From assembly GCA_963783375.1 (NCBI GenBank), contig CAWANH010000029.1, positions 640,001 through 704,000 of the forward strand: a DNA stretch of 64,000 nt. The letters run 5' to 3'. The position numbers and the translations under genes were made by a program. Source of the DNA: Candidatus Eiseniibacteriota bacterium (GTDB taxonomy: Bacteria > Eisenbacteria > RBG-16-71-46 > JABDJR01). The notes under the pieces are model-generated. The model ran no database searches. It was given only the letters and a program-made list of their open reading frames with translations, and was not told the origin of the DNA. The number at the start of each line of letters is the position of its first letter. Positions within the stretch are counted from its first letter, which is position 1. Positions 19,851 through 28,892 of this stretch are shown piece by piece.

Positions 19851-20525
19851 TCATGCGGTGTCCGGGTCGCCGGTTTCGGAGCGGCGCCCCAATCGTGCCT
19901 CACGAAATCCGCGGTAGCCGCGGCGAAATCCGTCCCGGTGGAAGCGTTCGTAATCCGCCGGGGCCAGGGACCGGAGCCCCGCGAAGCGGCGGAGGAACTC
20001 CTCCCAGACCACCTGCATCATGACCGGACGCCAGCGGCTGGGCAACTTGAGCGGCCCCACCTCGATCCCGGTCCCCGCGTACTCCCGGCGGATGGCTTCC
20101 GGGTCCAGAACATCGAGGAGCCGGCGCGCACCCTCGTGGGCCGCCTCCTGGTAGCCCTCGAGGAGACCGGCCTGATGCACCTTGATTTCCTGCACCGCCT
20201 CCTGGAGGCGAATTCGAACCTCGTCCCCCTCTTCACCCAGAAGCCGGGCGGCCACCTCCGCCGCCGAGGGATCACCCGCCCCGGCGTCCGGTCCGGGGAT
20301 TCCGTAGGCCTTGCGGAACTGCTCCATCCCCCGCTGCATGTCCAGAAAAAAACCGAGGAGCATGAGGGTCACCTCGGCCGTACGACCGGCGAACCGTTCA
20401 AGCTCCTCTGCGTCCTTGAGCGGGGGCTTCCCCGGGCCCCGGAGCTCCAGCATGTGCCGAAGGGCGGCCAGAACCTCCGGTGACACCGGCGTTCCTCCCG
20501 GACGTGCCGACGCTTCACCGTTCAT
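19851..20525 (-). CDS. TagH/Fha C-terminal-domain-like protein lacking an FHA domain
   Basis: AVQEIKVHQAGLLEG...LLDVLDPEAI...WEEF...FRRGY resembles the TagH C-terminal domain; occupies the fha position upstream of tssJ. Confidence 0.65.
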   Translation of the reverse strand: MNGEASARPGGTPVSPEVLAALRHMLELRGPGKPPLKDAEELERFAGRTAEVTLMLLGFFLDMQRGMEQFRKAYGIPGPDAGAGDPSAAEVAARLLGEEGDEVRIRLQEAVQEIKVHQAGLLEGYQEAAHEGARRLLDVLDPEAIRREYAGTGIEVGPLKLPSRWRPVMMQVVWEEFLRRFAGLRSLAPADYERFHRDGFRRGYRGFREARLGRRSETGDPDTA

Positions 20526-20578
20526 CGTGCGCCCCCTTTCCCCGGGATCGGCGCTGAACGGACGCCGAGCGGCCATGT

Positions 20579-20607
20579 TTGACCCCCACGGCGAAGGCCG
20601 CTACTAT
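20579..20607 (+). promoter_or_regulatory. sigma70-like promoter for the divergent PEGA/CsgG operon
   Basis: TTGACC-17 nt-TACTAT on the plus strand. Confidence 0.55.
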
Positions 20608-20726
20608 GTAAAAGCATGATTGCCCGGTGGTCAAGGCCGGGGTGAGATCCATGGTCGATTCCTTCCAACCGAGTCCGTGCTCCGGACTCATGAACCCGTC
20701 GAGGACGCGGCTATACGCACCCGCCG

Positions 20727-20924
20727 ATGGTAACTGATCCGCTCCCATCTCTCATCACACCTCGACGCTCCCCGAGGACCGGGGGCGGGAACGCCCATTG
20801 GCTTCCGGTAGCCCTCGCGCTCGTGTTCCTGGTGGCCGCGGCGTGGTTGGCCTGGGCGGGACCCTCGGCGCCCCTGGGGCGCCTCGACCGGGTCCTCACC
20901 CCCGATTCCGGCGGCGCCCGGTGA
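20727..20924 (+). CDS. Small single-TM hypothetical protein (65 aa)
   Basis: Hydrophobic stretch WLPVALALVFLVAAAWLAWA; stop overlaps the next GTG (GTGA). No clear RBS. Confidence 0.45.
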   Translation: MVTDPLPSLITPRRSPRTGGGNAHWLPVALALVFLVAAAWLAWAGPSAPLGRLDRVLTPDSGGAR

Positions 20925-21937
20925 GCCTTCCCGTCTCTTCGTCCACCGCCGACCGGGTGGCGCGGATCGGCCCCGGCGCCCTCCTGGCCCGTAGCGCCGG
21001 AGTTCTGCTGTGGGGCCTCGCCCGGCCGGAGAGCCTGCCGGTGCCCGAACCTGGCGCCGAGGCCACCCCGGCGCAGAGACTCCCCGCCGCGGGAGGAGCC
21101 CTCCCCCGGATCCTGGCCGGAGGACTCGCCGTGCTGGCCCTGGCCGTCCTCGCGGTCGGCTACACCGCCTGGCACGCCACCCGGGCCGCGGTGACCGAAT
21201 TCGTCCACACCACGCCCGGCACCCCCCTCACCGTCACCGCGGACCGGCTCTCCAATCGCCTGGACGGGTCCTGGTGGACGATCTTCTACCCCGGGTTCCC
21301 CGGCCGTCTCGACCGGGCGGCGGAGCGCATCCGGGAGGGCGAGACGGACCTCGAACGGCTGGCCGCGACGTACCGCTCCGAACGCGACGCGGTCAACCGG
21401 CGCGGGCTCCCCGCCCGGATCCTCGCGGGACCGGATTTCCTGGCTCCCCTCGATTCCGCCCTGGCCGCGGTGCGCTATCCGTGGCACCGGGGAACCCTGG
21501 TCTACTCCGAGATCGAGCAGGCGGTTCGTCCCTATCGGGACGCGGCCGGCGGCGAGCCGGCCAAGGTGACGGCCACCCTGGTCCAGGCTCCCCCGGACCA
21601 CGCCCTGGTGGTGACGGTGACCGGACCCGACGGGAGCGCGCTCTTGGCCAGCCCTCCCCTCGAGGTGGGAAAGTCGATCACCGTCCCCCTGGTGCCGGGG
21701 TCCCGGGTGGGCCTCACCACCCTGCTCCGGCCCGCCCCGGGTGCGGCCTACCGGGTGGAAACCGAGACGTCCTTCCCCCTCGCCGCATGGCCGTCGGGGG
21801 AGCTGACCGTCCCGGGAGGCGGCGGGTTCCAGTTCCGGTTCGACCCCGAGGCGGCGCGATCGGCTCCCCCCCTTCCCGCTCTGAGCGGGGCGGCGGAGTC
21901 GGAGATCCAGCTCCCCGGGGGAGCGAGCCGACGTTGA
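20921..21937 (+). CDS. Membrane-anchored hypothetical protein
   Basis: GC3-biased frame, TM segment ILAGGLAVLALAVLAVGY, helical then beta-rich extracytoplasmic part. Start inferred from the GTGA overlap. Confidence 0.65.
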   Translation: MSLPVSSSTADRVARIGPGALLARSAGVLLWGLARPESLPVPEPGAEATPAQRLPAAGGALPRILAGGLAVLALAVLAVGYTAWHATRAAVTEFVHTTPGTPLTVTADRLSNRLDGSWWTIFYPGFPGRLDRAAERIREGETDLERLAATYRSERDAVNRRGLPARILAGPDFLAPLDSALAAVRYPWHRGTLVYSEIEQAVRPYRDAAGGEPAKVTATLVQAPPDHALVVTVTGPDGSALLASPPLEVGKSITVPLVPGSRVGLTTLLRPAPGAAYRVETETSFPLAAWPSGELTVPGGGGFQFRFDPEAARSAPPLPALSGAAESEIQLPGGASRR

Positions 21938-22004
21938 CACGGGCCACCCCTCCCCCGGAGAATCGGGGACCGGACGTCGCCGGTTTCCCTACCTGGAGAA
22001 TGCC

Positions 22005-23174
22005 TTGAGCCCGATCCTTCCCTTCATCCGCCTGCGCCCGCTCGCTGCCGCGGGAATCGTGATCCTCTCGCTCCTTTCCGCGCTCGGCTGCGGAAAATCG
22101 GCCGAACTCACCGTGGACGTGCGCGACGGTGCCAACCACCCGATCGCGGGGATCGAGATTCGCCAGGTCGGAAACGACAAGCGGCTCGGGGTCACCGGCG
22201 CCGACGGCCGGGCCTCCATCAGCCCCGCGGTGAGCGGGGACGCGGTCCGGGTGCGTCTGACCTCGGCCGCCGACGCGGGCGGTGGAGAGACCCTGCTCCT
22301 CCAGAACCCCTACACCATCGACCAGGACGCCCTGAAGCGGGGCTACAAGCTCTTCCGGCTGGACCGCGGCGCCAGGGCCCCGGTCGACAGCACCGCGACC
22401 CTGGAGGTCGTCTCCGTCCCGCCGGGGGCGCGGATCCTCCTGGGGGGCTCCCCCCGCGGCGCCACCCCCGCCGTCCTCGATTCTCTGGCCCCCGGTCCGG
22501 TGACCCTGGAGCTCCAGCTCGACGGGTGGCATACCCACCGGGTGGATCTCTACCTCACCCCGGGACGGAACAGCTACAACCACGAGCTCACCCGCGAGGA
22601 GGTGACCACCGCCTCCCTCCAGGTCCTTTCGGATCCCCCGGGAGCCAAGGTCAGCCTGAACGGAAAGGCCTCGGGAAAGACCACCCCCGCCTCCTTCCTG
22701 TCGCTCCCCGCCGGCACCTACCGGGTGCGGGTGACCCGATCCGGGTATCGGACCTGGGAGACCCGGCTCGACCTGGAGCCGGGACGGAAGGGCGTGGCCG
22801 ACGCCGGGCTCCTGGTCTCGGCCGCCCCCTCGCCGCCTCCGGCGAAGAACCGCTCCACCCCCAAGCCACCCTCGGGCCGGACCGAGACCCCCCCCCCTCC
22901 ACCGAGCAATTTCCGTCAGACCTACAGCATCAGCACCGCCCCCGGCTTCACCGAGGTCTACGTGGACGGCGCGACCATCAACCGGAACCAGACCGGGAAC
23001 TTCAAGATCACGCTCACCGCGGGGGACCATCGATTCCGTCTGAAAAACGAGAATGCGGGCATCGACCTGGTGCTTCGCTATACGGTCAAGCCGGGCGATA
23101 CGAACAACGTTCTCATCCTGAACTACGAGAACCGGAGAGTCGCCGCCCGCAATGATCCACGAGCCGGCCGTTGA
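22005..23174 (+). CDS. PEGA-domain lipoprotein
   Basis: Lipobox LSALGC; two PEGA repeats (LEVVSVPPGARILLGG..RGATP; LQVLSDPPGAKVSLNG...GKTTP..LPAGTYRVRVTRSGY), a Pro-rich linker and a third degenerate repeat. Confidence 0.85.
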   Translation: MSPILPFIRLRPLAAAGIVILSLLSALGCGKSAELTVDVRDGANHPIAGIEIRQVGNDKRLGVTGADGRASISPAVSGDAVRVRLTSAADAGGGETLLLQNPYTIDQDALKRGYKLFRLDRGARAPVDSTATLEVVSVPPGARILLGGSPRGATPAVLDSLAPGPVTLELQLDGWHTHRVDLYLTPGRNSYNHELTREEVTTASLQVLSDPPGAKVSLNGKASGKTTPASFLSLPAGTYRVRVTRSGYRTWETRLDLEPGRKGVADAGLLVSAAPSPPPAKNRSTPKPPSGRTETPPPPPSNFRQTYSISTAPGFTEVYVDGATINRNQTGNFKITLTAGDHRFRLKNENAGIDLVLRYTVKPGDTNNVLILNYENRRVAARNDPRAGR

Positions 23175-23223
23175 GGCGATCCCGTTCCTCGGCGGCCGCA
23201 TCCCACCAACCAGGGAGGTAACC

Positions 23224-24330
23224 ATGCACGTCCTTCCCGCCCTCCGTCGACGTCTCCACATCACGGTCGTCCCCGCCGCCGCCGTCCTCCTGGCCGCGGT
23301 GTTCGCCGCCCCCCCCGGCCCGGCCCGGGCGGATTCCAACGCGGTCTGCACCGCCTACCACGACCAGGATTACGACCAGGCCCTGGCCCTGGCCGCCAAG
23401 GCGCTCGCCGCCGACCCTTCCGCCCCCGACAAGATCGACGTCTACAAGTGCCAGACCTGTACCTACGTGGCGCTCATGAAGCAGACCGACGCCAAGGGCT
23501 CGGTGGCGGGGATGCTCCAGACCGATCCCACCGCCCGGTTCTCCCCCGAGTACAACTATCCCCCGCCGGTGATCGACATCTACAACGTCGTCCGGGACAG
23601 CGTCCTGGGCGGAGGGGGGGGGCCCATCGACGCCAAGACGGTGGCCATCGGGGACTTCGAGGACAACTCGGTCTACACCGGGAAGTTCAAGAACTACGAT
23701 TTCTCGCTGTTCAAGGACGCCTTGATCCACACCGTGACCGCCGACCTGGCCGAGGCCACCGATCTCAAGATCGTCGACCGCCAGCGCACCCAGAAGATCC
23801 TCGACGAGATCCAGCTCTCCCAGTCCTCCTTCGCCGATCCCGAACAGGCGGTGAAGGCGGGAAAGCTCCTCGGGGCCCAGACCTTCATCTTCGGCCAGTA
23901 CATGGTGCTCTCGGCCAAGAAGGTCCGGATCGACGCCCGCGTGGTACGCACCTCGACCGGCGAGGTGCTGCTCACCAAGCAGGTGACCGGTGAGTTCTCG
24001 GGGGACCCGGAGAAATTCCTGGAGATCGAGAGGTCCCTGGTGGAGGCGCTGGCCCAGGGGATCGACCAGGTGTTGAGCCAGAACGGGGACGACCCTAACG
24101 CCGCCGAGGGGGTCGCGAACCGGTTCGCCTCCCTGGAGAAGGGGATCGGGAAACGCAATGGCTACGTAGAGGCCAAGTTCCTCACCGCCGAGGCCCTGGA
24201 ACTGGAAGACCAGGGAAAGTACTCCGATGCGGTCAAGAAGTGGCAGGCGGTCAAGAAGATGGATCCGGCCAACGACGTGGCCGACGCCCGGCTGAACGCG
24301 CTCACCGGCTTCGCCATGAACACCAACTGA
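23224..24330 (+). CDS. Exported TPR plus CsgG/TolB-N-like domain protein
   Basis: Signal peptide after GGAGG; TVAIGDFEDNS...KIVDRQRTQKILDEIQLSQS...AVKAGKLLGAQTFIFGQY...RIDARVVRTSTGEV, flanked by TPR-like helices. Confidence 0.8.
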   Translation: MHVLPALRRRLHITVVPAAAVLLAAVFAAPPGPARADSNAVCTAYHDQDYDQALALAAKALAADPSAPDKIDVYKCQTCTYVALMKQTDAKGSVAGMLQTDPTARFSPEYNYPPPVIDIYNVVRDSVLGGGGGPIDAKTVAIGDFEDNSVYTGKFKNYDFSLFKDALIHTVTADLAEATDLKIVDRQRTQKILDEIQLSQSSFADPEQAVKAGKLLGAQTFIFGQYMVLSAKKVRIDARVVRTSTGEVLLTKQVTGEFSGDPEKFLEIERSLVEALAQGIDQVLSQNGDDPNAAEGVANRFASLEKGIGKRNGYVEAKFLTAEALELEDQGKYSDAVKKWQAVKKMDPANDVADARLNALTGFAMNTN

Positions 24331-24345
24331 TCCCTTCGTCCGGAT

Positions 24346-24372
24346 CGCGAGCCCTCCGATCGGGGGGCTCGC
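24346..24372. terminator. Hairpin between convergent genes
   Basis: GCGAGCCCTCCG-AT-CGGGGGGCTCGC between the stops at 24330 and 24373. Confidence 0.5.
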
Positions 24373-25761
24373 TCAGGCGGCGGGGAGCAGGACCCGGTAG
24401 GCCTCATCGGGATCCCCCGGCGGGGTCGTCTCGAACCGGCCCTGGTGGCGGTCGAGGATGCGGTTGACCACGCCGAGGGCGGCCTCGACGGACTCGGTCT
24501 CGCTCTCCCCCGCCCCACCGGTCACGGCTTCGCGGGGAGTCCGGAGTTCGATGGTCACCGTCTTCCGGCGGTCGTCGACAAAGGTCCGGATCTCCAGGTT
24601 CCGCATGGCCGGACCGGCGCCCGGCCGGTCGGCCATCCGCCCGAAGAGGGTCAGGAGGACCTGCTGGATCTGGCCGGGATCCATCTCCACCGGGGGAAGA
24701 TCGGGGTCCAGCCGGAAGGCGAAGCTCATCCCCCGGAACCGGGTCTGGGGACGGACGAAGTCCACCGTCTTCTCCACCAACTCGTTGAGCCCGCACGCGG
24801 AGCGCTTCACTTCCCGATGGGAGAAGTCCATGAGGCCCCGGGCCAGCTCCGCCATCTGGGTGGAGAGCTGGCGGATGCGCTCCGCCTCGACGGTGAGCAC
24901 GTTGCCGGCGGTGTCGCCCAGGTTCCGGATGAGGAGCTGGGCCCGTCCCGAGACCGCGGCGAGGTAGTTGTTGAGTTCGTGCCCGATCTCCGCCGCCATC
25001 TCGCCCTTGGCGGCCAGCCGCTCGTTCTGGATGAGCTTGGCCTGGGCCGCCTCCAGCTCGAGGTACCGCCTCGAACCGTCGCGCACGAACAGGATGGGCA
25101 TCACGCAGAGCAGGAGCCCGCGGTAGCCCAGGATCTCGTAGCAGAAGACCGCCAGCCCCCCCACCGTGATCATGGCTGCCGAGGTCACGAGCTCGGTCTC
25201 GGTTCCATAGGCCCCCAGCCAGGCGCGGATCGGGTCGACCCCGCGCCGCCTTCCGGTAACCAGGGCGCGCACGCCCTGGCTCACCACCAGATACGCCCCC
25301 CCGGCCACGATGAGCCAGAATATCTGCCGGGGATGGAGCAGCACGAACGCCGCGCTCAATCCCCGCTCGGTGACCGGAATGTGGGTTCCGGTGAGCACCA
25401 GCACCTCCAGCGCGGCCACCGAGGGGACGACGGAGGCGAGCGCCCACCCGAGCGCCTCCCGCGGTTTCTCGCGCCGCCACAGGAGCCCTCCCGCCAGGCA
25501 TGAAAGGGGAACCAGGAGAAGGCTCCAGGGAATCGGGAGCACGGCCACTGCGGCCAGATGGGCGGCGGGGGCCATGGTCAGGACAGTGGTCTGGTCCAGC
25601 GCGGGGTGCCAGAGAGCTTCGGCGGCGAGACAGGCGGCGAACCACGTGGCCAGGACCACCGGGAACGGTCCCAGGGACCGGTTCGAGGCCAGGAACAATC
25701 CCCCCAACAACCCCACCACCAGCAGGGTCATGAGGTGTACGTTTTGAAAGCGTTTGGGCAT
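24373..25761 (-). CDS. Multi-TM sensor histidine kinase-like protein with a degenerate ATP-binding domain
   Basis: About 7-8 TM segments, QAKLIQNERLAAKGEMAAEIGHELNNYL H-box; the HATPase-like region lacks N, G1 and G2 boxes. Start uncertain. Confidence 0.8.
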   Translation of the reverse strand: MPKRFQNVHLMTLLVVGLLGGLFLASNRSLGPFPVVLATWFAACLAAEALWHPALDQTTVLTMAPAAHLAAVAVLPIPWSLLLVPLSCLAGGLLWRREKPREALGWALASVVPSVAALEVLVLTGTHIPVTERGLSAAFVLLHPRQIFWLIVAGGAYLVVSQGVRALVTGRRRGVDPIRAWLGAYGTETELVTSAAMITVGGLAVFCYEILGYRGLLLCVMPILFVRDGSRRYLELEAAQAKLIQNERLAAKGEMAAEIGHELNNYLAAVSGRAQLLIRNLGDTAGNVLTVEAERIRQLSTQMAELARGLMDFSHREVKRSACGLNELVEKTVDFVRPQTRFRGMSFAFRLDPDLPPVEMDPGQIQQVLLTLFGRMADRPGAGPAMRNLEIRTFVDDRRKTVTIELRTPREAVTGGAGESETESVEAALGVVNRILDRHQGRFETTPPGDPDEAYRVLLPAA

Positions 25762-25802
25762 GGTTGTCCCCGGAGCCGTGCGGTGTCCCCTATCCTCCAC
25801 TA

Positions 25803-25830
25803 TTTTCGGCGCTTGCCCGGACGATCTTGA
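25803..25830 (-). promoter_or_regulatory. sigma28 (FliA/WhiG)-like promoter
   Basis: TCAAG-15 nt-GCCGAAAA upstream of the kinase-like gene. Confidence 0.45.
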
Positions 25831-25924
25831 GGGCGGGAAGGCTGCCGGGCCGGTTTCCGGGATCCCGTCGGTAACGGCCGAGGCCCCGGCTCGAGGAAAC
25901 CGGGGCCTCTCTCCAAATTGCTTT

Positions 25925-25950
25925 AAACAGAGACGGTAACTTCTCTGTTT
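25925..25950. terminator. AT-rich inverted repeat downstream of csp (terminator or operator)
   Basis: AAACAGAGA-CGGTAACT-TCTCTGTTT. Confidence 0.45.
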
Positions 25951-25977
25951 TCAAAAAATTCCAGCCGGAGTGCTCGC

Positions 25978-26193
25978 TCAGAAACCGACGTCGACCAGGG
26001 AAACCCGGCGAGCTTGAGGACCCTCGGGGCTGTCCTCGACCTCGAACTCCACTTCGGTTCCGGGCTCGAGGGTCCGGTAGCCGTCCATCTGGATCGCGGA
26101 GTGATGGACGAACACGTCGGGGCCCTTGACCCGCTCGATGAACCCGTAGCCCCGTCGCTCGTTGAACCACTTCACGATGCCGGTATGCTCCAT
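25978..26193 (-). CDS. Cold-shock domain protein (Csp family)
   Basis: [19 protein letters not shown]...[17 protein letters not shown] (RNP1/RNP2 motifs); RBS AGGAGG; 71 aa. Confidence 0.95.
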   Translation of the reverse strand: MEHTGIVKWFNERRGYGFIERVKGPDVFVHHSAIQMDGYRTLEPGTEVEFEVEDSPEGPQARRVSLVDVGF

Positions 26194-26287
26194 GTTCGCC
26201 TCCTGATTCGATTTTCGGGGATTCACACGGTCACGGACCCCCTGGACCGGGGACGAGCCCCACTTCCCGGGACCGCTTCCCGGGCAC

Positions 26288-26310
26288 AAAAAAACCGCGC
26301 AAGGGCGCGG
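26288..26310 (-). terminator. Rho-independent terminator between oppF and csp
   Basis: CCGCGC-CCTT-GCGCGG followed by T7 on the minus strand. Confidence 0.75.
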
Positions 26311-26388
26311 CGGACGGGTGGACTCGGTTGTTCCGAAACGTGGGCATAGGCCGGATCCTCCGAGGGAAAACGGCTGCTCGTCCTCCTC

Positions 26389-26417
26389 ATGGTACTCCCC
26401 CATGGGGGGCGGGTCAA
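26389..26417 (-). promoter_or_regulatory. sigma70-like promoter at the oppF stop
   Basis: TTGACC-17 nt-TACCAT. Confidence 0.55.
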
Positions 26418-27823
26418 CGCGTGGATCGGGTCTGGATGTCCAGTCCCCAGGGAGGCAGATCGGGGACCCGGTGGCAGGCCACCCAGTGCCCGGGCTCGAC
26501 CTCGGTCAGGACCTGGTTCCGCTCGGCGCAGGCGGGACGGGCCTCGGGGCACCGTGGGTGAAACCGGCATCCGGAGGGAGGGCGGGCCGGGCTCGGCACG
26601 TCCCCGCGCAGGATGATGCGCGCCTTGGCCATGGCCGGATCGGGAACCGGCACCGCGGAGAGAAGAGCCCGGGTGTAGGGATGGAGGGGGTTCCGGTAGA
26701 TGGCGTCCCGCTCCGCCAGCTCCACAACCCGTCCCAGGTACATGACCGCCACCCGGTCGCTGATGTGCTCGACCACATTGAGATCGTGGGCGATGAAGAC
26801 GTAGGTCAGGTTGAACCGGCGCTGGAGGTCCTTGAGAAGGTTCACGATCTGGGCCTGGATGGAGACGTCCAGGGCGCTCACCGGCTCGTCGCAGATGAGG
26901 AGCCGAGGCTCCACCGCCAGGGCGCGGGCAATGCCGATCCGCTGGCGCTGCCCTCCCGAGAACTCGTGGGGATAGCGGCGGGCGTGGTAGGCGGAGAGCC
27001 CCACCGTCTCCAGGAGCTCCCCCACCCGGCGCGAGGCATCGCGACCCCGGGCGATGCCGTGAATGGCCAGGGCCTCCTTGATCATCGACTCCACCGTCAT
27101 GCGCGGGTTGAGGCTGGAGTAGGGGTCCTGGAAGATGATCTGGATCTCCTTCCGCATGATGCGGAGCTCGGAGGTGGTGAGCTGGGCCAGGTCCACCCCG
27201 CGATACCGGATGGCTCCGGCGGTGGGCTCGAGCAGGCGGAGCACCAACCTTCCGGTTGTGGTCTTGCCGCATCCGGATTCCCCCACCAGGCCCAGGGTCT
27301 CGCCCTCCCGAACCTGGAGGTTCACCCCGTCCACCGCGCGCACCGCGCCCACGGTGCGGTTCAGGAACCCCTTATGGATCGGGAAGTGCTTGGTCAGCCC
27401 TTCCAGGACCAGGAGCTCCCCATGAACGTCGACCCGGCGACCCATCCGCTCGGCCCGCCCCAGGATCCGTTTCACGGTGAGGCGGGGACGGCGTGCCACG
27501 TAGGCCAGCTGGAACCCCAGCCAGAGCGCGCCCCCGGTGAGGATCGCCACCAGCGGAGCAACCCTCGCGAGGACGAGAATTTCCGCGGAAAGCGCGGCGA
27601 CCAGGCCCGCCGCACCCCAGACCCTCGGAGCCCCCAGCTCCCGCACCCGCGCGTCCCGCGTCACCGAGGACGCGTAGTAGCCGTAGAGCCCGAAGCCCAG
27701 AAGGAGGCCTCGGGCCAGGATCGGGGACATTCCGGCATCCCGGGCTTCCCGCGCCACCCGCGTCCCCAGCGGCAGGGCCAGAAGGATGAACACCACGTGG
27801 GCCACCAGGAGATTTCCGATCAT
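26414..27823 (-). CDS. oppF: Peptide ABC ATPase OppF/DppF with an N-terminal membrane extension
   Basis: [59 protein letters not shown] 27823 overlaps the oppD stop. Confidence 0.9.
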   Translation of the reverse strand: MIGNLLVAHVVFILLALPLGTRVAREARDAGMSPILARGLLLGFGLYGYYASSVTRDARVRELGAPRVWGAAGLVAALSAEILVLARVAPLVAILTGGALWLGFQLAYVARRPRLTVKRILGRAERMGRRVDVHGELLVLEGLTKHFPIHKGFLNRTVGAVRAVDGVNLQVREGETLGLVGESGCGKTTTGRLVLRLLEPTAGAIRYRGVDLAQLTTSELRIMRKEIQIIFQDPYSSLNPRMTVESMIKEALAIHGIARGRDASRRVGELLETVGLSAYHARRYPHEFSGGQRQRIGIARALAVEPRLLICDEPVSALDVSIQAQIVNLLKDLQRRFNLTYVFIAHDLNVVEHISDRVAVMYLGRVVELAERDAIYRNPLHPYTRALLSAVPVPDPAMAKARIILRGDVPSPARPPSGCRFHPRCPEARPACAERNQVLTEVEPGHWVACHRVPDLPPWGLDIQTRSTR

Positions 27824-28848
27824 CAGAAGCTCACCCCCTCGCCGCGGAGCGCCGGAACCTCGCGCCAGCGATGGCAGCGCACCTGGTGGCCGTCGCCGCA
27901 CGCCTCGAGCGCGGGCTCCTCCCGCCGGCACCCATCGTCCAGGAAGGGGCAGCGCGGATGGAAGGTGCAGCCCGGCGGGAAGGCGGTGGGCGGGGGCACC
28001 GTCCCCGGGATCACGCTCAGCCGCTCCTTCCGCTCGGTCATACGGGGGATCGATTCGAGGAGGCCGATGGTGTAGGGATGGCGCGGGGAGGCGAAGAGGG
28101 TGCGGATGTCGGTGTATTCCACCACTTTTCCCGCGTACATCACCGCCACCCGGTCCGCGGTCTCCGCGATCACCCCCAGATCGTGGGTGATGAGGATCAT
28201 GGCCATGCCCAGCTCGGCCTGAAGGCTCTTCAAGAGCTCGAGGATCTGGGCCTGGATGGTGACGTCGAGGGCGGTGGTGGGCTCGTCGGCGATCAGCACC
28301 GCGGGATTGCAGGAGAGGGCCATGGCGATCATCACCCGCTGGCGCATCCCCCCCGAGAGCTGGTGAGGATACTCGTCCACCCGCTGGTCCGGGGAGGGAA
28401 TCCCCACCTTGGCCAGCATCTCCACCGCGCGCCGCCGGGCCTCCTTCTTTCCCACCCTCTGGTGGAGGCGCACCGCCTCCATGATCTGGTCCCCGACGGT
28501 GTACACCGGGTTGAGGGCGGTCATGGGCTCCTGGAACACCATCGAGATCTCGTTTCCCCGGATCCGCCTCATGGCGTCGTCGTCGAGGGACAGCAGATCG
28601 CGACCGCGGAACAGCACCTGTCCCCCGGCGATCCGCCCGGGGGGCGACGGAATCAGCCGGAGGATGCTGAACGCGGTCACGCTCTTTCCGCAGCCCGACT
28701 CCCCCACCACCCCCAGGGTCTCCCCCGCCCTCACCTCGAAGGAGACCCCGTTCACCGCCTGCACCTCGCCATCGTCGGTGTCGAACACCGTGCGGAGGTC
28801 CCGGACTTCCAGAATGGGGGCGGGCCCGGAGGTCGGATTCGGGGTCAC
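27823..28848 (-). CDS. oppD: Peptide ABC ATPase OppD/DppD
   Basis: [46 protein letters not shown]; GTG 28848 after AAGGAG. Confidence 0.93.
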   Translation of the reverse strand: MTPNPTSGPAPILEVRDLRTVFDTDDGEVQAVNGVSFEVRAGETLGVVGESGCGKSVTAFSILRLIPSPPGRIAGGQVLFRGRDLLSLDDDAMRRIRGNEISMVFQEPMTALNPVYTVGDQIMEAVRLHQRVGKKEARRRAVEMLAKVGIPSPDQRVDEYPHQLSGGMRQRVMIAMALSCNPAVLIADEPTTALDVTIQAQILELLKSLQAELGMAMILITHDLGVIAETADRVAVMYAGKVVEYTDIRTLFASPRHPYTIGLLESIPRMTERKERLSVIPGTVPPPTAFPPGCTFHPRCPFLDDGCRREEPALEACGDGHQVRCHRWREVPALRGEGVSF

Positions 28849-28892
28849 GGAAACTCCTTGGCCGCGGTCGGCGGCCGGATCGCGGGGGGGCA

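Noticed and set aside
21934-21963. TTGACA-18-GAGAAT promoter before the PEGA gene
   Set aside because: The -10 lacks the first T and the -35 coincides with a stop codon, so the support is too weak.
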